From: Selenomonadaceae bacterium
GTDB lineage: Bacteria; Bacillota; Negativicutes; Selenomonadales; Selenomonadaceae
Length of the DNA: 40,097 nt
NCBI GenBank assembly: GCA_017390245.1
Contig: JAFPCE010000099.1
Coordinates: 1-40,097 of the forward strand
Reading direction: 5' to 3'
Both the position numbers and the translations under genes were made by a program. Positions within the stretch are counted from its first letter, which is position 1. Each line of letters opens with the position of its first letter. The notes below the pieces were generated by a model, which saw nothing but the letters and a program-made list of their open reading frames with translations, was not told the DNA's origin and did no database searches. Of the stretch, positions 8,920 to 16,871 are shown one piece after another.

Positions 8920-9585
8920 TTACATATTGCGATAGCGGTTAGCAGTGGTTCTGGCATCGTAATCCCTGCCTGTATGTGGCTGGGATGGATTTACGTTAAT
9001 CATGCCCTGGCCATCACGGCGGATATCTCTTACAGGGCTGGAGCGATAGGCAGTTTGCTGGCTGTTAGCATCGTTTTCTGCCTGCTGGCTGCGTCTGGCT
9101 AAGAACATGCCAATGATGCCTAAAATAATTTTTACCACCAGGAAGAAAAGCAGTACATTGATAACCAGTCCTAAAATATCACCAATCACGCCACCGCCAA
9201 AGCCAAACATGCTGCCTAGCATAGAGCCAAGCATCATACCGCCAGCCAGGAGGCCCATGTTACGCAGGGTATTGCCCCAGCCAGTATGGTGCATAGCTGG
9301 ATTGTTCATGGCATTGGCAGCTGTATTAGCCTTAGCTGCAGGAGCGTTATTTGGCAGGTCCTTAGCGGCTTTAGATGGAGCGTATTCCTGATTATTGGGA
9401 CCACTGGCCTTTGGGGCAGTGGTATTAGCCTTAGGAGCAGGTGCAGGGGTGTTTACCTTCGGGGTAGAAATTTTCGGCCCGCTAAACATTTTAGCACCGC
9501 CCTTAGCTGCATCAGCAGTACCGGCAGCAGAGGCAAAAACAAAGGCCAGTGCCACCAGGCATGCGGCAATTTTCTTAAATTTCAT
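8920..9585 (-). CDS. Hypothetical membrane protein: signal peptide, Pro/Ala/Lys-rich linker, glycine-zipper and TM segment
   Basis: MKFKKIAACLVALAFVFA signal; GLLAGGMMLGSMLGSMFGFGGG; hydrophobic helix; GGAGG RBS. Confidence 0.75.
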   Translation of the reverse strand: MKFKKIAACLVALAFVFASAAGTADAAKGGAKMFSGPKISTPKVNTPAPAPKANTTAPKASGPNNQEYAPSKAAKDLPNNAPAAKANTAANAMNNPAMHHTGWGNTLRNMGLLAGGMMLGSMLGSMFGFGGGVIGDILGLVINVLLFFLVVKIILGIIGMFLARRSQQAENDANSQQTAYRSSPVRDIRRDGQGMINVNPSQPHTGRDYDARTTANRYRNM

Positions 9586-9588
9586 AAG

Positions 9589-9867
9589 TTAGTCCTCCTT
9601 GAAAGACTTAATATCATCAGGGAAAGCATATATTTCTCCAATGGTGTCCAGCTCTCCAGAAAGATAGCGGTCAATATCATCCACATCAATGTAGAGCTTG
9701 CAGTCAATATCCAGATATCCCTGTTCCTTGCCCTGGCTCAGCTTCACAATATCCATCAGCTTTTCCCGCAGGTTCAGGCACTCGCTGGCTTTAGCATGGA
9801 TGTCCAGCTTAATCTGTGGTACACCATATTCACTTATAACTTCAGTTAATGTCATGCGCTGTGACAT
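9589..9867 (-). CDS. Hypothetical acidic protein (92 aa)
   Basis: ORF with GAGG RBS, ending 3 bp before the next gene; normal codon usage. Confidence 0.7.
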   Translation of the reverse strand: MSQRMTLTEVISEYGVPQIKLDIHAKASECLNLREKLMDIVKLSQGKEQGYLDIDCKLYIDVDDIDRYLSGELDTIGEIYAFPDDIKSFKED

Positions 9868-9970
9868 AATAAAACCTCATTTCTTTGCGATTAATATACT
9901 ATTATGGATAAATTGTAGCATAGTAGTATGAAAAATAGTAGGAAAATATCCTCCTAGAGTGGCTATATGT

Positions 9971-10123
9971 TTATTTGCCAGCAGCAGAAATAATTTTCTG
10001 CAATTCCCGTACCTGGTTTAAATGTGTTTCATAATCCAGATCATTGGCATCGTACAGCATGCGCTTTTTTAATTCATCAATGCGGCGCTGCAGTTTTTCT
10101 TTTGTTTCAGGACTTAAGGCCAT
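9971..10123 (-). CDS. Small hypothetical protein, 50 aa, absent from the ORF track (MALSPETKEKLQRRIDELKKRMLYDANDLDYETHLNQVRELQKIISAAGK)
   Basis: Read manually on the minus strand: ATG at 10123 with GAAAGGA RBS, TAA at 9973-9971; amphipathic helical pattern. Confidence 0.7.
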   Translation of the reverse strand: MALSPETKEKLQRRIDELKKRMLYDANDLDYETHLNQVRELQKIISAAGK

Positions 10124-10202
10124 AATATTTCCTTTCCGTATTTCTACACCTTATCGTTATTTCTAGAATATAATATCATATATGATGGGAATGCAAAAAT
10201 AA

Positions 10203-10514
10203 TTTATCCTGTCTATTTTAAACCACTATCCTCTGGCAGATCATCTGCTGGCTGCCGGGGCAGGCCTGCTGGGGTTTCTGCTTTTATCTGTGGTGACCAG
10301 AGGCAGTATTGGTGGTGGTGATATTAAGCTTATGGGAGCGCTGGGACTGTGGCTGGGGCTTAAAGCTATCTGGCAGGTGGCTGTTGGCGGCATTCTGCTG
10401 GGGGGAATCTGGGCGCTGCTGCTGATTTTATGTAAAAAGAAGGGCCGTAAGGATTTTGTTCCTTACAGCCCTGGGTTTATACTGTGCGGTATTATTGTGT
10501 ATTTATTAAAATGA
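10203..10514 (+). pseudogene. 5'-truncated prepilin peptidase (peptidase A24) remnant
   Basis: GSIGGGDIKLMGALGLWLG...KKGRKDFVPYSPGF is the A24 C-terminal signature. The frame extends upstream only to TAA at 10200-10202, with no N-terminal half or RBS. Confidence 0.7.
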
Positions 10515-10528
10515 GAGAGTGTGTTAGC

Positions 10529-11461
10529 TTATTCGGAGAATAATGGAGTGGAGAGATAGCGGTCACCGTTATCAGGCAGGAGAACTACAATGGTTTTGCC
10601 TTTGTTTTCTGGGCGGCGGGCCAGCTCAATAGCAGCTGTTAAGGCAGCGCCAGAGGAAATACCGATTAGAAGGCCTTCTGCATGGGAGAACTGGCGGCCA
10701 TATTTAAAGGCATCTTCATTGGCTATAGGCAGGATTTCGTCCAGAAGCTTAGTGTCTAAGGTGTCCGGTACGAAGCCAGCACCAATGCCCTGAATCTTGT
10801 GAGGACCAGCTACGCCTTTGCTCAGTACAGGAGAGGTGGCAGGCTCCACAGCTACAATCTTAATATCAGGATTCTGTTCCTTGAGGTAGCTGCCTACACC
10901 AGTAATAGTGCCGCCAGTGCCTACACCTGCTACGAAGAAATCAAGCTTGCCCTCAGTGTCCCTCCAGATTTCAGGACCGGTGGTGGATTTATGGGTAGCT
11001 GGATTGGCAGGATTAGTGAACTGGGATGGGATAAAAGCATGAGGAATGGTCTTAGACAGCTCTTCCGCCTTTTCAATAGCACCCTTCATGCCCTTGCTGC
11101 CATCGGTGAGGACAATTTCTGCACCATAGGCCTTCAGCATGTTGCGGCGCTCTACAGACATGGTTTCTGGCATGGTGAGGATAGCACGGTAGCCCTTGGC
11201 TGCTGCTACGCTTGCCAGGCCGATGCCGGTGTTGCCACTGGTAGGCTCAATGATGACGGAATCAGGAGCCAGCAATCCTTTGGCCTCAGCATCTTCAATC
11301 ATTGCCTGGGCAATACGGTCCTTGACGCTGCCAGCTGGATTTAAATACTCCAGCTTAACCAGAATATTTGCTTCAAGATTATTGGCCTTAATGAAATTAT
11401 TTGCACGGAGTAAAGGGGTATTACCAATTAATTCAGTTACGCTATTGTAAATTTTAGCCAT
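10529..11461 (-). CDS. cysK: Cysteine synthase A (O-acetylserine sulfhydrylase)
   Basis: [23 protein letters not shown] (PLP Lys), [36 protein letters not shown]; AAGGAG RBS before ATG 11461. Confidence 0.96.
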   Translation of the reverse strand: MAKIYNSVTELIGNTPLLRANNFIKANNLEANILVKLEYLNPAGSVKDRIAQAMIEDAEAKGLLAPDSVIIEPTSGNTGIGLASVAAAKGYRAILTMPETMSVERRNMLKAYGAEIVLTDGSKGMKGAIEKAEELSKTIPHAFIPSQFTNPANPATHKSTTGPEIWRDTEGKLDFFVAGVGTGGTITGVGSYLKEQNPDIKIVAVEPATSPVLSKGVAGPHKIQGIGAGFVPDTLDTKLLDEILPIANEDAFKYGRQFSHAEGLLIGISSGAALTAAIELARRPENKGKTIVVLLPDNGDRYLSTPLFSE

Positions 11462-11488
11462 ATTGAACATCTCCTTCTTGTACCTCAC

Positions 11489-11543
11489 TAAACATATATG
11501 ATTGCTATGTTTATATAATAATCATTTGGAGAAGCTTTGTCAA
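11489..11543 (-). promoter_or_regulatory. cysK sigma-A promoter plus downstream Rrf2-type operator
   Basis: TTGACA (11543-11538), 17 bp, TATTAT (11520-11515). Palindrome TAAACATA-N9-TATGTTTA at 11489-11513. Confidence 0.75.
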
Positions 11544-11565
11544 TAGTATAAATAAAATTTTTTTC

Positions 11566-11618
11566 TAAACATATAAATTAACTATGCTATTGATTTTTGC
11601 ATGGGTATATTTTATCAT
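11566..11618 (+). promoter_or_regulatory. Second Rrf2-type operator plus promoter of the regulator gene
   Basis: TAAACATA-N9-TATGCTAT at 11566-11590, abutting TTGATT (11590-11595), 17 bp, TATCAT (11613-11618). Confidence 0.65.
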
Positions 11619-11669
11619 TATATACAGAAGAAATGATTAGGGATAATTATAAGGAAACGAGGCGATACT

Positions 11670-12116
11670 ATGCGTATTTCAGCCAAGGGCCGCTATGGAC
11701 TGGCTGCTATGACACATCTGGCACAGTGTTATCAGGCAGATATGCCGATTACCATCATCAGCATTGCGGAGAAGATGGGGATTTCTAAAATTTATCTGGA
11801 GCAGGTTTTTTCATTGTTAAAGAGGGCCGGTCTGGTAAATTCCATTAAAGGAGCTCAGGGGGGCTATCAGCTGGCCAGCCAGCCACAGGATATCAGCGCC
11901 TATGATGTGCTGGCGGCTATAGAAACTTCTTTGACAGAGGAGACTGCTGCCACTGTGGCAGAAACCAGCAGCCTGCTGGAGGAAGCTATGCAGAAGCAGG
12001 TTTTTGCCAAGCTGGATGAGGCGGTAAAGGCAGCTTTAGCAGATGTGTCTTTAGCAGATTTAAACCAGTATATAGAAAGCAAATCTGCTTCTGATGAATT
12101 GATGTATTTTATTTAA
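11670..12116 (+). CDS. Rrf2 family transcriptional regulator, CymR-like
   Basis: MRISAKGRYGL, ISKIYLEQVFSLLKRAGLVNSIKGAQGGYQL; lacks the IscR Cys triad; ends LMYFI; divergent from cysK. Confidence 0.88.
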   Translation: MRISAKGRYGLAAMTHLAQCYQADMPITIISIAEKMGISKIYLEQVFSLLKRAGLVNSIKGAQGGYQLASQPQDISAYDVLAAIETSLTEETAATVAETSSLLEEAMQKQVFAKLDEAVKAALADVSLADLNQYIESKSASDELMYFI

Positions 12117-12212
12117 AAAATAATTTTTCTGTTTTTTCTAGTACAAAAGTATGATATACTTTTAGCAAATATAGTTTTTTATTGATTTTCTAGAGAGAAT
12201 GGAGGCTTGTAT

Positions 12213-12638
12213 ATGAAATATGAGTTTACAGATGAATATCTGACTGGCATAGAGTTAATTGATACTGAACATGCCCACCTTTTTGAATTAGCTAATAAGG
12301 CTTATGATTTGCTGACAGATCAGTTTGCCTTAGATAAATATGATCGTATTGCTGCTCTTTTGGAGGAGCTGCGTGAATATACTAAAACCCATTTTGCCCA
12401 TGAAGAGGAATTTATGGAAAGCATTAATTTCCGCCATATCTGGAGCGAAAAGCATCAGCATATTACTTTTGTTAATAGGCTGGAGTCCATTGACTTAAAG
12501 GCTATGGATGAAAACCAGCAGGAGCATCTCATGGAAATTATTGAGTTCCTGGCCCTGTGGCTCCAGGGGCATATTAAGGGTGCTGATAAGCGCATTGGTA
12601 CATATTATGATTCTCTGCCAGATGAAGCAAAAGCATAA
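12213..12638 (+). CDS. Single-domain bacteriohemerythrin
   Basis: TGIELIDTEH, HFAHEEEFM, QH, WLQGHIKGAD di-iron ligand pattern; GGAGG RBS. Confidence 0.9.
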   Translation: MKYEFTDEYLTGIELIDTEHAHLFELANKAYDLLTDQFALDKYDRIAALLEELREYTKTHFAHEEEFMESINFRHIWSEKHQHITFVNRLESIDLKAMDENQQEHLMEIIEFLALWLQGHIKGADKRIGTYYDSLPDEAKA

Positions 12639-12648
12639 GTGATAATGG

Positions 12649-12677
12649 AAGAACCTGCCTGAGGCAGGTTCTTTTTT
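12649..12677 (+). terminator. Intrinsic terminator after hemerythrin
   Basis: aagaacctgcc-tga-ggcaggttctttttt. Confidence 0.85.
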
Positions 12678-12722
12678 CTCTGCAGAATTTTTGGCATCCA
12701 GGTTTTTATAAATAGAAATAGC

Positions 12723-12817
12723 ATAACTATAAAGACCCAGCATGTGAGCAGCATGCTGGGCCTTTATAGTGTGTATTATGTGTATTATATTTAGGAGAGT
12801 CCTTCTTTGAAGGTCTG
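12723..12817 (-). ncRNA. Candidate Fur-repressed small RNA (~95 nt) with anti-SD seed
   Basis: Own promoter and own 19-bp terminal hairpin (12726-12770; G-U pair only on the minus strand); no real ORF; CCUUC/GAAGG hairpin followed by ACUCUCCUAAA. Ends are approximate. Confidence 0.65.
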
Positions 12818-12822
12818 GATAT

Positions 12823-12851
12823 AATATAGCATATATGAGAATAATTATCAA
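12823..12851 (-). promoter_or_regulatory. Sigma-A promoter with overlapping Fur box
   Basis: TTGATA (12851-12846), 17 bp, TATATT (12828-12823) with extended TG. TGATAAT-T-ATTCTCA (12850-12836) has one mismatch to the 7-1-7 Fur consensus TGATAATnATTATCA. Confidence 0.75.
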
Positions 12852-12917
12852 TAGCAAAAAGAAAATTTTTCAAAAAATTTTTGCCAGGCTGGAAGTATTG
12901 ATACAGATAGCTTTTAT

Positions 12918-12946
12918 AAAAAAATAGCCAGATATAATCTGGCTAT
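12918..12946 (-). terminator. Intrinsic terminator after dnaB
   Basis: atagccagat-tat-atctggctat followed by a T-tract on the minus strand. Confidence 0.8.
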
Positions 12947-12992
12947 GAGAATAAACGTAATGATTTTTTCTTGATTTACAGCAGGTTTCTCT

Positions 12993-14348
12993 TTACTGCC
13001 GTGGCGTAAAGTTGTTGAAGCGGGTAAATTCCTTCTGGAAGTATAGCTTCACTGTGTCTACAGGACCATTACGATGCTTGGCAATAATAACCTCCGTAAT
13101 ATTTTTTTCTGCTGTTTCCGGGTCGTAGTAATCTTCACGGTACAGGAACATAACGATATCAGCATCCTGCTCCAGAGAACCAGATTCACGCAGGTCACTG
13201 AGCATTGGACGCTTAATCTGGCGTGATTCAACACTGCGGCTCAGCTGGGAAAGGGCAATAACTGGCACGTTAAGCTCACGGGCCAGACCCTTCAGGGAAC
13301 GGGAAATTTCAGCAATCTCTGCCTGGCGGTTATCAGCATTTTTCTTGCTGCCAGAGCCCTGCATCAGCTGCAAATAGTCAATGATAATCAAATCCAGACC
13401 GTGCTGGGCTTTAAGGCGTCTGGCCTTGGAGCGCAGCTCGTTTACCTGGATGTTCGTGGTGTCATCTATGTAGATTGGGGCTTGGGAAATCATGCCTCCG
13501 GCTGTCAGGAGACGGTTCCATTCTTCATCGCCAATATCGCCAATACGGAGCTTCTGGGAATCAATACCGCCTTCAGAACAGAGCATACGCTGAACCAGCT
13601 GGCTCTTTGACATTTCCAGGGAGAAGAAAGCCACAGATTTTTTGGCCTTTAAGGCTACATTAGCGGCAATGTTCAGAGTAAAGGCAGTTTTACCCATACT
13701 TGGGCGGGCTGCAACTAAAATTAAGTCTGATGGCTGCAGGCCAGAGGTCAGTTTATCCAAATCGGAAAAGGATGTTGGAATACCGGTAATCTGTCCCTTG
13801 TTGCCATAGAGAAAATCAATTTTGGATACAGTAGTGAGTATAACCTCAGAAATGGGAGTGAAATCACCAGAGCTGTGCTGGGATGAAGCACCGAGAATGG
13901 CTTTTTCGGCCTTATCCATGATGACAGGTACTTCCTCTGCACCTTCAAAGGCCATAGCAGAAATATCGTTAGCTGCATTAATCAGGGCGCGGAGCTCTGA
14001 TTTTTCCCGGACGATGTTGGCATAATAGGTTGCATTGGCTGCAGATGGCACAGTATTTGGCAGGCTGCCAATAAAACCTGCACCGCCTACACGTTCCAGC
14101 ATGTTATCCTTATTAAGCTGGTCAGTCAGGGTTACCATGTCTACAGCAATGTTATTGTTAGCCATATTGATAATGGTATCGTAGATAATGCGGTGGGCAT
14201 CACGATAGAAATCGTTGCCGCCAATGAGCTCCGATACCTCAGAAATAGCTTCCTTCCGCAGCATCATGGCACCTAAAACGGACTTTTCAGCCTCTATGTT
14301 ATTAGGTGGCACAGCCTTGGCAGGGTTAGTAGTATCGTTATTGGGCAT
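12993..14348 (-). CDS. dnaB: Replicative DNA helicase
   Basis: PPNNIEAEKSVLG, AARPSMGKTAF (Walker A), FSLEM, IIDYLQLM, LSQLSR, DLRESGSLEQDAD, KHRNGP. Confidence 0.97.
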   Translation of the reverse strand: MPNNDTTNPAKAVPPNNIEAEKSVLGAMMLRKEAISEVSELIGGNDFYRDAHRIIYDTIINMANNNIAVDMVTLTDQLNKDNMLERVGGAGFIGSLPNTVPSAANATYYANIVREKSELRALINAANDISAMAFEGAEEVPVIMDKAEKAILGASSQHSSGDFTPISEVILTTVSKIDFLYGNKGQITGIPTSFSDLDKLTSGLQPSDLILVAARPSMGKTAFTLNIAANVALKAKKSVAFFSLEMSKSQLVQRMLCSEGGIDSQKLRIGDIGDEEWNRLLTAGGMISQAPIYIDDTTNIQVNELRSKARRLKAQHGLDLIIIDYLQLMQGSGSKKNADNRQAEIAEISRSLKGLARELNVPVIALSQLSRSVESRQIKRPMLSDLRESGSLEQDADIVMFLYREDYYDPETAEKNITEVIIAKHRNGPVDTVKLYFQKEFTRFNNFTPRQ

Positions 14349-14351
14349 AGC

Positions 14352-16400
14352 TTACTCCTTTGTTTTTGCTGGGGCCATAATCAGGTCAATGGCTTCCTGT
14401 GCACTAGACACAGTGAAGATTTCCAGACCTAAGTGGCCCTGAGGAATATCTTTAGCATTTTCTTTAGGAATAATCAGCCGGGTTATTCCAGCTTGTTTAG
14501 CACCATAAGCCTTTTCAAAAACACCGCCTACAGGACGGACTCTGCCCTGCAGGGAAATCTCACCTGTAATGGCAGTATCCTGGCGGATAGGACGTCCTGT
14601 CAGGGCAGAAATCAAGGCTGTTAAAATAGCAGTGCCGGCACTTGGTCCGTCAATATTGCCTCCGCCAATGACATTGATATGGATATCGTAGTCATGAATA
14701 TCCTTACCTGTAATCATCCGTACAACAGAAGCGGCGTTAAAGACAGAATCCTTGGCCATGCTGCCAGCAGTTTCGTTAAAGCGGACAGTGCCCTTGCCCT
14801 TTTCCCGGGCTTCAAAGGCCACAGCTTCAATTTCAATGACAGAGCCTAAAAAGCCTGCTACGCCAAGGCCAAAAATATGGCCAATTTCTGTGTCGTCAGA
14901 GGCTTTTTTTGTTACATAAGGAGAAAGACGGCTGACTTGAGCTACCTTGTAAACATCTGCCTTTGTAATGGTTACCTGTGTTTTAGAATGTGTATCTTCA
15001 GCAGCAGCGGTATCGGTTAAAATATCTGCTGCTTCTTTGTCAGTACGCTGCAGGGCAACGCTGTAGGCATCAGCCAGAATGTTAATAGCCTTGCGGCCCT
15101 CAATGGTGTATTCGCTAATGAGCTTGTCTACACCATCAGCTAACTGGGCCTGCAGCTTTCTGGCTGCATTAGCAATAATTTCCCGGATATGCTGTGGTGT
15201 TAATGGCTCAAAGTAAATTTCAGCGCAGCGGGAACGCAGGGCTGGATTTATGGAGGATGGCTCTCTGGTGGTGGCACCGATTAAAACGAAATCTGCAGGA
15301 GCCCCTTTTTCAAAAAGCTGCCGGATATATGGCGGAACCTTTTCATCAGCAGGGTCATAATAAGCAGATTCAAAGAAGGCACGTTTATCCTCCAGAACCT
15401 TCAGCAGCTTGTTTTGCAGCATAATATCCATCTCACCGATTTCATCGATAAAGAGAATACCGCCATGGGCATCAGTTACCAGGCCAGGTTTTGGTTCTGG
15501 TACACCAGTGTCAGCCAGGTCCTTGCGGGCGCCCTGGTAAATAGGATCATGGACTGAGCCTAACAGAGGATTTGTTAAATCACGGGGATCCCAGCGCAAA
15601 GTTGTGCCATCGGTTTCCACAAATGGTGCATCTTCAGCAAAAGGTGAACGGCTGTATTTTTTTGCAGCCTCCAGTACCAGGCGGGCTGCAGTGGTTTTAC
15701 CTACACCAGGCGGTCCGTAAAGAATCAGATGCTGGGGATAAGGTGAGCTGAGCTTGGACAGCAATGATTGTACTGCACGGCTCTGGCCTACGATTTCATC
15801 CATGGACTGGGGACGCAAAAGCTCCATAACAGACTGGGTCAGGTGAACCTGCTCCAGCTTTTCCAGCTGTTCACGTTTTTGCTGGGCCATAGGAGTTTCA
15901 TATTGCTGTTTTTCCTCAGCTAAGACCTGTTTCTGGATGTCCTTAACATAATCCTGGTGATTTTCTTCCAGCTTTTCTGCTACCTTTTTTTCAATGTCAT
16001 CCTCCAGGCTGCGTCTGGCCACAATTTCAGAAAAATGTTCTGTCAGTTCATCGATAATGCCTGGAATCTCTTCATCTGAAGGAACTTCCTTGATAGTTGG
16101 ATTTTCCAGAATAATCCGCTGTAAAGCAAGGACACGCTCACCCTTTTCAGGTGAGCGTACCAGCTGCAGGGCATCCATTTTCCCTGCCTTTATTACTAAT
16201 TTATCAGTGCCATAAAAGTCTGCCAATAAGGCAAGCAGAGCAGAAATATAGCGATCTGTATCATCAGTGCCATCAGTGTCACTGGCGGCATTGCTATCAT
16301 CATTTGCTTCAGATTGGAGTGGTGAAATATTTTCATCCTGCTTTTCATCTGTGTTATGGTCATTGTTTAAATTTAAAAGTTTTGAGAAAAAATTGTTCAT
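14352..16400 (-). CDS. lonC: Lon-family ATP-dependent protease (Firmicutes LonB/LonC type)
   Basis: GPPGVGKTT, FIDEIGE, ALRSRC; protease domain DGPSAG with downstream Lys (GGVFEK); located between rplI and dnaB. Confidence 0.88.
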   Translation of the reverse strand: MNNFFSKLLNLNNDHNTDEKQDENISPLQSEANDDSNAASDTDGTDDTDRYISALLALLADFYGTDKLVIKAGKMDALQLVRSPEKGERVLALQRIILENPTIKEVPSDEEIPGIIDELTEHFSEIVARRSLEDDIEKKVAEKLEENHQDYVKDIQKQVLAEEKQQYETPMAQQKREQLEKLEQVHLTQSVMELLRPQSMDEIVGQSRAVQSLLSKLSSPYPQHLILYGPPGVGKTTAARLVLEAAKKYSRSPFAEDAPFVETDGTTLRWDPRDLTNPLLGSVHDPIYQGARKDLADTGVPEPKPGLVTDAHGGILFIDEIGEMDIMLQNKLLKVLEDKRAFFESAYYDPADEKVPPYIRQLFEKGAPADFVLIGATTREPSSINPALRSRCAEIYFEPLTPQHIREIIANAARKLQAQLADGVDKLISEYTIEGRKAINILADAYSVALQRTDKEAADILTDTAAAEDTHSKTQVTITKADVYKVAQVSRLSPYVTKKASDDTEIGHIFGLGVAGFLGSVIEIEAVAFEAREKGKGTVRFNETAGSMAKDSVFNAASVVRMITGKDIHDYDIHINVIGGGNIDGPSAGTAILTALISALTGRPIRQDTAITGEISLQGRVRPVGGVFEKAYGAKQAGITRLIIPKENAKDIPQGHLGLEIFTVSSAQEAIDLIMAPAKTKE

Positions 16401-16424
16401 AGGGTATCCTTTTACAATGCTAGA

Positions 16425-16871
16425 TTAGCCAGCGGTAATTTCTACCTTAATGGTGCTGGTGATTTCAGGATGCACCTTAATAACAGCCTCATAGCTGCCG
16501 GTACCAGTTACCTCTGTCTTTAAACTGATTTTACGCTTATCTACTTCAATGCTGAACTGCTTCTTTAAGGCTTCAGAAATATCCTTGCCGGTTACAGAGC
16601 CGAAGAGACGGCCATTGCTGCCGATTTTGACAGGAATGGTAACAGTGACCTTAGCCAGCTGTGCTGCCATGAGCTTGGCTTCGTCAGTATCCTGTGCCTT
16701 TTTGCGGGCAGCGGAGCCAGCCTTGGCTTTAGCTACATTTTCATTGGCAGCATTAGCAATGATGGCAATCTTCTTTGGCAGAAGGAAGTTACGGCCATAA
16801 CCCTCGGAAACCTCGACTATATCACCTTTTTTACCTACGTTCTTAACGTCCTGCTGTAATATTACTTTCAT
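16425..16871 (-). CDS. rplI: 50S ribosomal protein L9
   Basis: MKVILQQDVKNVGKKGDIVEVSEGYGRNFLLPK; GRLFGSVT. Confidence 0.97.
   Translation of the reverse strand: MKVILQQDVKNVGKKGDIVEVSEGYGRNFLLPKKIAIIANAANENVAKAKAGSAARKKAQDTDEAKLMAAQLAKVTVTIPVKIGSNGRLFGSVTGKDISEALKKQFSIEVDKRKISLKTEVTGTGSYEAVIKVHPEITSTIKVEITAG

Noticed and set aside
11670-12116. Calling the Rrf2 protein IscR
   Set aside because: It lacks the three Fe-S-ligating cysteines and is linked to cysK.
12793-12824. Plus-strand AGGAG followed by a TTG mini-ORF of about 5 codons
   Set aside because: Too short, with no plus-strand promoter after the hemerythrin terminator; promoter and G-U pairing point to the minus strand.
12495-12857. 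120-aa minus-strand ORF
   Set aside because: Crosses two terminators and overlaps hemerythrin, with no RBS. The region is better explained by the promoter plus sRNA.
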